DNA from: Lophium mytilinum
Taxonomy: Eukaryota
Length of the DNA: 64,000 bases
Assembly (NCBI GenBank): GCA_010093605.1
Contig: MU004190.1
Span: 930,001-994,000, forward strand
Reading direction: 5' to 3'
Made by a program: the position numbers and the translations under genes. The notes below the pieces were generated by a model, which did not search any database, was not told where the DNA came from, and was given only the letters and a program-made list of their open reading frames with translations. This document shows, one piece after another, positions 11,281 through 21,853 of the stretch (positions are counted from its first letter, which is position 1; every line of letters starts with the position of its first letter).

Positions 11281-13922
11281 TTATATGGAATCTAAGTCTG
11301 AATCGGACCCTTCAGGGGATTGCGTCCAGGTAGGAGCTTCGGGCCGAGTGGCTTGCAGGTTTGTTGATGCACCGGATGTCGTCGTCACATCCTTGGTTTT
11401 TCCACCCATCTTCCCCTCGCTCCTCGAATGAATCGCCGCTTTAGTCTTCTTCCGATCCTTTTTCGGTGCGGCATCCTCATCACTGGATGTCTTCAGCGCC
11501 TCGTCGAGCGAGTCCAGCGACTTCAGCGAATCCAGCGAGTCCAGTGAATCCAATGAGTCTAGCGAATCGTCGCTCTCCATTCCCGATACCCTCTTCTTAG
11601 CGCTCACTCTACCTTTGCCCTGCCCCTGCCTCTGCCCACCGCTTCTCATATCGTCACTCAACGAGTCTCCGTCCAACGAATCCAATGAATCAACATCGCT
11701 AGCCACTGTCTTCACCACGCTGGTCTTGCGTTCTCTCTCCCGTCGCTTCGCTTTCTTCTTCCGCCCCTCTTCATCACTACTCTCTAGCATTTCCTCCAGC
11801 TTCTCGTCGTCCCACTCGCTGCTATCACTCAGCGTGACGTCGGCGCTTGTGTCGCGATCGGGTAGGCGGGTCGGCCGCAATATTCTAGGTTTTCGCAGAG
11901 AGGCGAGCACGCCTTTGCGGCCGCTAGGCTTCCCCTTCTGACCGAGCTCTATGAACGGGGATACGCGGACGATTGTCATACTTTCTGGCGGCGTTACGTC
12001 GAGCTCCTGGAAGCGGGTCCGTCGCGCCGTAATTAATATCTTAACTAAACTCCAATTAGGAGACCTCCGGAAAGGGGCGGGTCAGGACTTAACATACCAA
12101 CGCGGTTCTCAATCTGCGTCAGCGCATGCAGGCCCTGCAACAACTCATTCAGCTCATTCGCCTCCGTGGAGTCATCGAACGCAGTGTCGATATTATCGAT
12201 CACCACATACACGAATCCGAAGTTGGTCGCGCGGATGCTGCTGAGCAGGACCTGCCACACGCCCTTGAAGTCCGCTTGCGTGGTCAGCAAGCCGGTTACG
12301 AGCGCGCACTGGGCGTCGAAGGTGAAGTAGTCGGGCCGCTGGTGCGCGAGCTGCTCGATGAAGCGCCAGGTCCAGGCGACAGGGCGGCTGGGACTGCTTC
12401 CGCTGCCACTCTCACTGCTGCTGTTCATGGGGGAAGCGGCTGCTTGGGCTTGGTCGCTGGACACGAGCGTTAAAATGACGTTCCCGGCCTCGCGCGCGGC
12501 TTTGGCGACGTCGAGAGAGAGCTGGGTGGTCCAGTCTGGGCGGGCGAGGAAGCCGTCGATGTAGAGGAAAGAAGAGGTCCGCGATTCGACCCACGCGTTT
12601 ATTTGTGGGTTCTCAAGGAGGCCGAGACGTTCGTAGGTGCGGCTTGTGCTGCCTGTTGTTTCGGCGGCGAGGGAGAGGCGGGCGAGTTCGACGTTGGGGG
12701 TTGCTTCTAGAGCCGCTGGAGCAAGGGTTGAAGGACGGATAAGGAGGAGGACTACAGGGAGAGCGCGAGTGCTCAGGAGGGTCTTAGACGCTTCGAAGGG
12801 GTCGATCTCTTCGCGTTTACGTGCTTCTTCTGCTTGTTGGCGCTGCCAGTCGAACTGCTCTTGAGCTGCTTCCATCATAGCGTTTAGCCCCAGGCTGAGC
12901 CCTTTCACAGTTTGGTTTGCTTCGTCGATTTTCCAGTTGCCCATGGCTATCAGGGCGCGGGTTTGCTTGGTGACGGTGGTGTTTTCGGCGATGGCGATGC
13001 CTTGGCCTAATGATGCTACTTCCTTTACTTTGATGACGTGGCCGTTGATGGCTTGCCAAAGTGGCTCGAAGCGGATTTTGTAAGGCAGGGCTATGTTTTT
13101 GAAGAACTTCTCTATTTGCAGTATTAGTTTCTCTGAAGGAAGCGAATCTCGAAGTTGTAGGTCTAACTTATTGAGTTCTCCTGGTAGTATTTGACTGCTT
13201 CCGCGAGGAAATTTGTGAAAGCTTCGTACGCCCCACACACGTGCTTCGCCATAGCTTCCGATGGGTACAGTCCTAAAAAGCATCTCACCACTTCGAACTG
13301 ATCGCCGATATCCGCCAACTTCTGCAGCACTGTCTCTTTAAGCTCTACGGAGTTGATGTTCATGATCAGCAAGAAGCGGATGCTTCCCCACGCCAAAGTT
13401 GCATACTCCGGCGCAGCTTGAGACAGCACGTCCACGATCGGGGCGTAGAAGTAGATGGTAGAGCAAAACTTGTCGAGTCCACTCTTTACTTTCCGCACGA
13501 TCTTGTTGGAGCTTGCGGCCTCTTTTGCCCGTCTATCTCGCGCAGCGAAGGCGGCGTTACGGACGTCAACAAAACATGCTGAGCGCTCTTGGATTTGGGC
13601 AAGCTTTTCGGTGCTGGCTAAGCTGTTGTAAGTGTGAACGGCTGATTTGAGTGCTTGGTAGGATTGTTGAGTTCCATGACTATTACCTTGTTAGTATTTT
13701 CCAAGAAAAAGATGTGAAGTGTGATATGAAGAAAACTCCAAACCTTTTCCAGATCTCTACAGCCCATTGCTTTCCTTGACTCGGAGCTGGGCTCGGGATC
13801 AATGCTCCATCTCCCTCTGCTAGTGGGAGTCGTCTTTGTAGTTGATCTAGAGTGGGTTTGGCGCCTATAGTGGAAGCCCGCTTGGGGGGTTTGATGATGC
13901 TTAGGCCTTCAGAGAGCTCCAT
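11281..13922 (-). CDS. NACHT/STAND-like protein: DUF7708-type N-terminal domain, degenerate NACHT core lacking Walker A, and a low-complexity S/D/K tail
   Basis: Four ORFs join in frame through introns 13680..13743, 13112..13167 and 12045..12097. Motifs FCSTIYFYAPIVDVLSQAAPEYATLAWGSIRFLL, NAWVESRTSSFLYIDG, VYVVIDNID and VKILITAR. Confidence 0.7.
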
Positions 13923-14551
13923 GGCCAGGACAACTTCTTTGGAACGATAGCTTGTTCTAGTTTAGGAAATATAGATCTGGTTTACTCGAGAAGTTCGCCA
14001 TTCGTTTCGTCGTTTCCATGGAGTTCTAGGAGCTGACACTGCTGTCTGCACCACACAGCACCTAGGCAACTTCGGGCATCAAATCCGGTCCTCTCCCTGA
14101 TTGGACAAACTTGGCCCCCAGCCCTAACGCGTGTCCAAGTTCTTGTACCATTCAAACCCCAGCAACGTGCAGCGAGTCGATAAGAGAGACACCGGAAATA
14201 GTCAGCTATGCTTGAAAGCGTCTCAGCCGCTCACACAGGTGCGGGTGGCCGTTCATCACGCCAATCGCGGGCCGTCCATGTGGGGTTCAGCGCCTCTTTC
14301 TCTCGAAAGCTGGCGACAGTGGAGTTCTGCGCGCCCTCTCCGCGCTTGCACAAGCATTCTCGTAACACGAAGAGTAAAGCTTAGGCAAGCATTGTGCTCC
14401 AGGGGCTGACTGCAGCAAAACTTTCGGCTTTTGCGAACGTGCTTCGAAAGAAGTACAACTAAGCATTGACTCCCTAACCACCAGGCAGAAGGCTCGCGGC
14501 AACTAGCTTAATAAACCCCTGCCGCCGCTGCAATCTTCTCCGGTATTTATC

Positions 14552-17236
14552 ATGGCTGCAACAGCCCCACCCATTCAGCCTCAACCTCTCCATCAACCTG
14601 GCCTCTTGCAGGATTCGAAGAAGCCTTCGATTGCGCGGTACGATACGTTCTCTTCAACCGCAACTACCGCAGTCCTTGAAACGGAAAATGAGAGTTGTGG
14701 CGAGTTGACTGGAAGTGAAGTAACTGCCCCGAGCCTTACCAGCATGGAGTCGACAGAGAAGCCAGCCGTCAATGGCAACGACCCGACGGCTCTCAAGGAG
14801 CTCGTGAGAGAGATTCTAAAGCAGGAACGACTAGAGATTCAAGCCCAGGACCGCGACTCTAGACGACCTGAAGGCCTTGATGGTCTCACATCGCGATTCC
14901 TAGCGTCTTACATCACAGAGCTTGAAAAGAAAGTGGCCGCGCTCGAGAAGGATAAGAAAGAGGAACCCAAGGAAGACAGTAAGAAAGATGAGTCCAAGAC
15001 CGAAAAGAAAGAGGAGGAAGACAACAAGGACGAGAATGGACGACCTAAGCTTGTAGTCAAAAGGCTTCGCAAAGAGACTACAGCCGCCGCAGCAGTCGCT
15101 GACGATGACGAAAATGGAAAAGGAAAGAATGCGGCGGACCAGAAGCATATCTTGACTGTGACTCGCAACATCGAGAAAAACAACCAGAAGACTCTCGAGA
15201 TCAGGTCTAGGCTAGTCATCCAGTTCCTTCGCAAGGCTGTCAAATACTACCCCGGGCAAGCCCTCGGAGGGAGTATGGTATCTTTTATGGACCCGTTCAT
15301 GCTACTTTTCCATTACAGAAAAAGCATTCTTGAGGAGCTAGCCACTCTCGAGCTGGAGTCAGAGACCAAAACGCATCTCGAGCATGTTTTGGACTTTATG
15401 AGGACAGAGTGTCCGGAAGTCTCACAGGAGCTGGACGCCTTGGAGGAGGACGAAGATCGGAAAGTCATCTCTTTCGCCAACTCTTGGCTTATCTTCCGCC
15501 CTGGAACTATTGTGTTCTCGACGCAAGAGTCTGAAGATAAAGACGAGGGTGAGAAGGCTAAAGTAGTCGTTTCATCTCCCGAAGGCGAAAAGCGTGCATA
15601 TATGGTCGAAGAGCTGGCAGGTTGCGAGGTTGAAAAACTGCCAAGTGGCCGCGAAATACGAACTTCTCTGAAGCTCCGATGCTGGTCCATTGATTTCGAT
15701 GGTTACCGATTTGGTCGGACATACACAGAGCTTTATGTTCGACCTTTCAATGGTGCCCGTGAGATTGCGGAGCTGGAGGTCGTGCCGGAAAAGTATCATG
15801 ATCCGATCAGGGACAAGCTGATTGAGAGAGGCCATTCATTTTGGAATCTGAAAGATAAATCTAAGATATTCCGGTTGTACACTGGGAGGGCTTGGTCTAA
15901 GACGTCTTTAGCGGTAAGAATACTACACACCATCTTTTCGTGCGCTATTAGCAATACTGAGCTATGCTTTAGGACACTCTCCGAGTAGTAGTGGACCACG
16001 CAGCGTATTCAAAGACCGGCAGTGAAGGTATCAGAATCGAAGGGGTGAGTGACACAACGCAGGAACAGCACTGTCCTTGTAGCGATTGCAAAGAGAAACG
16101 TGAGACCGCTCGACAGAACTTTGAGCGTCTGGATAGAGTGTCGCCATACGCAAAGTACAACTCGATTGAGCCAGATATTGAACCGGACGACGAGATGCTG
16201 CTCCTCTGTCCTGATCGTGCCTACGCATTTTCCCTCCGCGATAAAACCTGGATGCCGGTCAAACTTCGTGATCTGAAGACCGTGGAGTTCAGGAAGAAGG
16301 CGTTTGACAAACTAGTCATGAAGGCTGATTACAAGCGGACTGTCCAAGCCCTCGTCTCCACATACACATCTGATGAGCGCAAATTCCGCGACATCATAGA
16401 AGGCAAGGGTCGCGGGCTCGTGCTGCTTCTCCACGGCCCACCTGGTACCGGTAAAACCCTGACAGCGGGTAAGAAAGCTACTTGATCCTCCCTTAGCAAA
16501 TTTTTATTGTGACTTTACTTACCAACCCCAGAATGCGTCGCCGATGAATACCAACGCCCCCTCTACATGGTCACCTGCGGCGATCTAGGCACCGAGCCCT
16601 GGCAGCTCGAAATGAACCTACGCCGCATCTTCAAAGACGCCACAACCTGGAACGCCGTCCTCCTTCTCGACGAAGCCGACATCTTCCTCCAAATGCGCGA
16701 CTATAAAGACGTCAACCGCAACGCTCTCGTCTCTGTCTTCCTACGAGAACTCGAGTACTTCGACGGGATCTTATTCCTAACCACTAATCGAGTTGGCGCG
16801 ATCGACGAGGCCTTCCAGTCTCGGATCCACGTTACGTTAGGCCTGCCAATGCTAGACGAGGACTCGAGGAGGGACATATGGAAGATATTCATCAAGGATC
16901 TGAATGGCATCCATAGGGATTCGCGGAAAGATTTGCTGAAGCATGTGAACGCAAAGCTTGGGAAGTGTAATTTGAATGGGAGGCAGATTCGGAATTGTGT
17001 GAGGACGGCAATTGCGTTGGCGGACCAGGCGCAGGAGCCGATTAGCGCGAGGCATCTAGATGATGTGGTGAAGATGGGCGAGGAGTTTGCGGAGTATATG
17101 AAGACGTTGCATAAGATGGATGCTGGTGAGTTGAGCCAAGCCGGTTGATGAATGATGGGAGTGAAGCTAACTTTGACTAGATGAGATCCAGGCGTCTGTG
17201 GGGAATCGGCTGGCCAGTTGGAAACCCAGGGATTAG
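14552..17236 (+). CDS. Fungal AAA+ ATPase with DUF7025-type N-terminal region
   Basis: Introns 15914..15972, 16469..16531, 17126..17180; stop TAG at 17234..17236. Walker A LLHGPPGTGKTLTAE, Walker B VLLLDEAD, RNALVSVFLRELEYFDGILFLTTNR, IDEAFQSRIH, LNGRQIRN. Confidence 0.9.
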
Positions 17237-17943
17237 AAGGGGGGAGAACTCCTAAGTAACAATATTTGGCTTTAGTACAACCTTTCAACTATGTTGATGG
17301 TATCGGCATCTTTTCTTTTGAAGCTAATAAACAGTCTAATGTCGAAGGCATCGCTACACGAGAGCACCTCGATATATGTATGCTGCTTAAATCTGGAGAA
17401 CAAGGGCGTAGACTCGAATCGAAGTGAAGGGCGAAAGAATGTATTGGGGTACTTCAGACAGTGCCCGACACCTGTAAACATCCTTTTAAAGTCTCGATGT
17501 AAGTCCAGGTCGATTTGAGGTTGTTCTGTCTCCAGATCACATGGCGGTGGCTCTTGGCAGAGCATTATTCCAGCTTACTCAGCAGATGTAAAGTTAACCT
17601 CTCTATAACTTTTCGAATCATTCCAATCTCATACTTTCTTCACACTGGTGTAAACTGTGCACCACTGCGCACCACTGCGTGAGGCCCTCTGACACAGTAT
17701 TGAATATTGTCGTAGCGTTGGGAAGCCTTATAGCTTTCCGGGGCACGCTAGACAGTGTTCCAAGGACCAAGGTTGAGGCGAGAGCGCTCTGATGCCACGT
17801 GATCCAACGCTCATACAACACGGTCGCACCGCCCACATGTACAGCTCAGAACTCACTTACGAAAGTCACAGCCTGCCCAACCTCTTCTCACTACTTACGA
17901 ACAATAAACCACCAATACTCGCAAAACGCCTTACTCTTTCGAA

Positions 17944-18894
17944 ATGGACTGGCTCAGTGTACTGGAAGAAATGGCCGTCGAGGCCGACCTAGACGATATG
18001 GCCCTCGAAGAAGGCACCCAAGCTGAACTTGCTACCTCCTATGAACCAGTAAAACTCGAGAATCCTCAATTTCTACGCGAAGATGCCCTCAAGCACATCC
18101 ACGACATCAAAAAAGGCGCCAATTCTTGCCAGAAGCGCCCCCAAATGGTCACCTCACGGTCCCGAAAGCGGGAGCCCACGAGCGGCAACGTCTACTACTT
18201 GGTGAAGTTGGAACCACCATTCAGCACTGCCGAAGAACTTGCCGTAGCCGCAAACCTTAGCCCAAACAATACACCCAGCGTGGAAAAAGCGACCGGAGAC
18301 GAAGGCACAGCTCGTTTCTGTCGCCTAAGCACCCATTCAAAAGAAATTCTCACCGACTGGTTGGCTCTCAAGCACCCCTCATACCGGCCAACTTTCATCA
18401 GAATCGGGAAGGCGTCTAAAGAGCTGTCTAGCACGTCCATCTACCCTACTCTAGGTGTCGATACCACACTTCCTCAACATCGACCCAATGCCTGGCACAC
18501 CTCGTGTCCATATCCTTTGCAGGATCAGTATCCCGTTTGGTACTTTTTCTACGGCACGCTTGCGAACGAAAATCTCCTATCCAACCTGTTCGGATGGAGT
18601 GACGATATCACTGACAAGATGCCTATCTTACACCGCGCTTCTGTCAGAGGTGGTGTCTTAAAGACGTGGGGTGGACGCTATCGGGCGATGGTTGACTCAC
18701 CTGGAGCCGTGGTGGAGGGTTTCGCATATCAGGTTCAGTCTAGGGACGAAGAAGATGCTTTACTACTATATGAGACGGAGAAGTATGAGGTGGTGCGGTG
18801 TGAGATCACGCTCGATGGTGCTAAGACGGTGATTATGAGAAGGGTGAAGGGGTGCACGTTTCGCTTTGCTGGATGTGAAGAAGAGCTGGATTGA
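17944..18894 (+). CDS. Gamma-glutamylcyclotransferase (AIG2/GGCT)-like protein
   Basis: Intronless 316-aa ORF with YFFYGTL, WGGRYRAMVD and LLYETEKYEVVRC motifs. Confidence 0.75.
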   Translation: MDWLSVLEEMAVEADLDDMALEEGTQAELATSYEPVKLENPQFLREDALKHIHDIKKGANSCQKRPQMVTSRSRKREPTSGNVYYLVKLEPPFSTAEELAVAANLSPNNTPSVEKATGDEGTARFCRLSTHSKEILTDWLALKHPSYRPTFIRIGKASKELSSTSIYPTLGVDTTLPQHRPNAWHTSCPYPLQDQYPVWYFFYGTLANENLLSNLFGWSDDITDKMPILHRASVRGGVLKTWGGRYRAMVDSPGAVVEGFAYQVQSRDEEDALLLYETEKYEVVRCEITLDGAKTVIMRRVKGCTFRFAGCEEELD

Positions 18895-19124
18895 TTATAG
18901 CCTCTCACGATTATTGATTTATTAGATTTGCGAATGTTGAGATAGAAGAATATGATACCACAGCAAATTAGCCAAAGAGTTGTACATATCCCTTAGTCCG
19001 TCGTGGTGCAATGCTCGGACTTTTCGTTAAACATGGGAGATTCTAACAAGCTTTTGGATTGATCAGAGAAGCGGTAAATGATATGATCTCAATACGAATA
19101 CATAATACTAAATCCATATAAATT

Positions 19125-19229
19125 AGAGCGGGTGGACATGTTTAGTCCGGCGAAGAGAAAGATGGAGGTGAAGAAGATGGCGAACTCGGTGGTTATGTCT
19201 ATGGCGCCGATGACTTGTCAGCGGAGGAA
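19125..19229 (-). pseudogene. Pseudo-exon resembling a Pth11-like/rhodopsin-domain integral membrane protein
   Basis: After a CTACAG acceptor the frame reads [35 protein letters not shown], with TGA where W is expected. I found no rest of the gene nearby. Confidence 0.5.
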
Positions 19230-19237
19230 CTGTAGAG

Positions 19238-19553
19238 AATGGGAGTAGTGGGAGTAATAGGAGTAGTGGGAGTAATGGGAGTAGTGGGAGTAATAGGAGT
19301 AGTAGGACTAAAAGGAGTAGTAGGAGTAGTAGGAGTAATAGGAGTAGTGGGAGTAATAGGAGTAGTGGGAGTAATAGGAGTAGTAGGAGTAATAGGAGTA
19401 GTAAGAGTAATGGGAGTAATGGGAGTAATAGGAGTAATGGGAGTAATGGGAGTAATAGGAGTAATAGGAGTAATAGGAGTAATAGGAGTAATAGGAGTAA
19501 TAGGAGTAATAGGAGTAATGGGAGTAATGGGAGTAATAGGAGTAATGGGAGTA
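19238..19553. repeat. 9-bp minisatellite, about 35 copies of GGAGTARTR
   Basis: Visible tandem GGAGTAATA / GGAGTAATG / GGAGTAGTG / GGAGTAGTA units. Confidence 0.95.
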
Positions 19554-19592
19554 AAAGTAACTAAGCAAGTAAAGCAAGTAAAGTAGCTGGAG

Positions 19593-19678
19593 TACAAAGG
19601 AGCTCGTCTTTCTTAAGTCCTAGGCCCTCGCCTAATCCTGGTGGTCGGGTAGGACTCAAGAAAACGAGCTCCTTCGTA
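19593..19678. mobile_element. Small inverted-repeat element (possible mini-MITE or TIR remnant) flanked by TA
   Basis: Left arm TACAAAGGAGCTCGTCTTTCTTAAGTCCTA; reverse complement of right arm TACGAAGGAGCTCGTTTTCTTGAGTCCTA; 27-nt spacer. Confidence 0.5.
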
Positions 19679-19810
19679 AGTAAAGTTAAGCATGCATATA
19701 CCTTTACAGTATCATCAGTATAAAGAAGAGCTTGAAGCGTTTTCATTCATTAGTCTATACGGCAATAGTGACGTTCTATTTATCCCTAGATCCCTCACAA
19801 TGCTTGTCAA

Positions 19811-21532
19811 TCAATCATCCTCGTCCCACTGTGGTGGTAACGGTATCGAATAGGCGTCTAAGCTATCTTGCAGCAGCGCTGTCATCGTCGCCCCAGTTGG
19901 CCGTCTTGAAGACTGGGGCTGGGACCTAGGTTCTCTGAATCTTTTGAAAGGAGATGTGGGAATGGAGGATGGAATGCTCAGAGGGGGAGGGCGTGTTGGA
20001 GATATTGGAAGAGCGTGGCGAATGTGTCGAACATTATGTAGCGAGGCTTGCGTTCCTTCAATCGTCGATGCTTGTGACGGATGGGAAGACTGGGTCGGCA
20101 GAGGGTAAGATGATGGAATCCGCTGCTCAGGCTGTTCCTCGGGATGCGGCATTTGATTGTATGATGGTAGTACTGAGATACGCTGAGTGAACGTTTCCAG
20201 CTCGCTGTGTAGCTGGGCCGTCGCTTCTTCTGTACCAGTTCCAGTGGTGCATTGGCTCTCCTCAAACTGTGAAGGTTCTTGCTTGGTGGTGCGATCACAT
20301 ATCTCTGGACTAGCTGCTACGGGCAGAGCTCCTGTATTGTTGGGAGTTGGCGTCACCGAAGCGCGATTGGATCTCGTGGTCTCTACGTCCTCATATTCAT
20401 GTATGCCATCTCGGCTGGCACACATGAGATCAATCTGCTGAATCGCAGCTTGTGTTTCTTCCCCAATACTAGCGTCGATAGGGACTATGATATCTTCATC
20501 CGAATCTTCTTCTTCATCATCCGAGTCTGGAATAGTGTCTTTGAATATCCGGCGAGGGGGTGCTACTGGTGAAGATGATGGGTTCTCTTTGACTTGGATT
20601 CCACTATTTCGTGATATTGGTTTGACAGGACTCATATTTCCCGCGTCGCCCGGCTGCAATCGCGAATGGAACAGAGAAGGCCGCTGGATATTCGTGGGTT
20701 TCTCTTCGAGGGGTGACCTAGTAGGTCTTCGAGGCGTATTCCGTGTCGAAAGTGGGCTTTCTGCCGGAGTTTGCGAAGAAGGTACTTCGAGGGGGCGCCG
20801 GCTTCGTGGTGTTGAGCATGGCTCTACTTTCACCCTTGTTGGTCTAGGTGTAGACGCAGCGTCCACTGCCGGTCCGTGTGATGTCTCGTTGTGGCCTCTT
20901 CGCGGTCGCAAATTCCGGTCATTCCTGCGCCCTTGGTCTGACGCGGCTGCATTTCGAGCGGCTCTACGACTCTGTCTTTCTCCCACTGGCCTGTATAGCC
21001 CGCTGTTGGCTAAACGCTCTTCCAGCGCAGCTGCATAAGTCCCATCAATATCCTCTTGTTCCTCTTCGACGTCCGATTGCACGTTAGGTTCTCGCCCAGT
21101 GCCTATCATCTGAGTCAAAGTCTGTTGCCGCTTTTCTTCCTCGGTGAGATCACGACGATTCCTTCGTTTGCTTGCAGACTTCCGATTGCGTTTCCTATCT
21201 CCGAGGAAAGGCTGGGCTGAGTGCCCCAACTGCGTGAGAGTTGTCTGCCGCAGCGTATCCAGGTAGTCTTCTCCCTCGACTTCGGATCCAGATTCAGGCT
21301 CCGACTGCGAGTCTTCCACTTGCTCTATTCTCCGTTTCCTTCCGCCCGAGGATTGTGCCGTGGTAACCCATCCTGCCTGTGTCATAGTTTGCTGTCGTGA
21401 AGCGGGTGGTGGTGGGGATGGCGAAAGTATGCGCTTCTTAGTACGGCGCGATGGGAATTTCTTCTGCCGCAGTACTGTGCCATGGGCGTACACGGTGTCT
21501 GGATTGAAGCGAGTCCGTTTTTTGGGAGGCAT
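19811..21532 (-). CDS. Hypothetical disordered S/P/Q-rich, probably nuclear protein
   Basis: 573-aa ATG ORF. NLS-like PPKKRTR and RRTKKR; three QxTLTQ-type motifs (QQTMTQ, QTTLTQ, QQTLTQ). Divergent from RAD4. Confidence 0.7.
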   Translation of the reverse strand: MPPKKRTRFNPDTVYAHGTVLRQKKFPSRRTKKRILSPSPPPPASRQQTMTQAGWVTTAQSSGGRKRRIEQVEDSQSEPESGSEVEGEDYLDTLRQTTLTQLGHSAQPFLGDRKRNRKSASKRRNRRDLTEEEKRQQTLTQMIGTGREPNVQSDVEEEQEDIDGTYAAALEERLANSGLYRPVGERQSRRAARNAAASDQGRRNDRNLRPRRGHNETSHGPAVDAASTPRPTRVKVEPCSTPRSRRPLEVPSSQTPAESPLSTRNTPRRPTRSPLEEKPTNIQRPSLFHSRLQPGDAGNMSPVKPISRNSGIQVKENPSSSPVAPPRRIFKDTIPDSDDEEEDSDEDIIVPIDASIGEETQAAIQQIDLMCASRDGIHEYEDVETTRSNRASVTPTPNNTGALPVAASPEICDRTTKQEPSQFEESQCTTGTGTEEATAQLHSELETFTQRISVLPSYNQMPHPEEQPEQRIPSSYPLPTQSSHPSQASTIEGTQASLHNVRHIRHALPISPTRPPPLSIPSSIPTSPFKRFREPRSQPQSSRRPTGATMTALLQDSLDAYSIPLPPQWDEDD

Positions 21533-21853
21533 ATTGATCGATTTGTGACGGGTTAGAGGTGCGCAAGGCGAATGATGAAGACGCGCCGAAGTCCAAGCTT
21601 GAGACCGCGACGCAAAGTCTCACGTGATCGCGTGTTCTGAAATTGATGCGTCATCGCAGTTCGTTGAACCAAGTCCGGAAGCACACGGCCGTCTCTGACA
21701 CTTCTTTGTTAAAAACATGTAAATAACGTTAACGAAGTGATGAACAACATTCTCCTCCCCCCAGAACACCCCTTCTCTCTCCGCTGGTCGGCAACCTTAC
21801 TTTAGACGCAACTACGACACCACGGCGACGGTGAAACCTGCAGATGCCTAGCA

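Noticed and set aside
19199..19597. ORFs encoding (ITP)n, (GVI)n or (YSY)n
   Set aside because: Artefacts of the 9-bp minisatellite; no credible start context or non-repeat coding flank.
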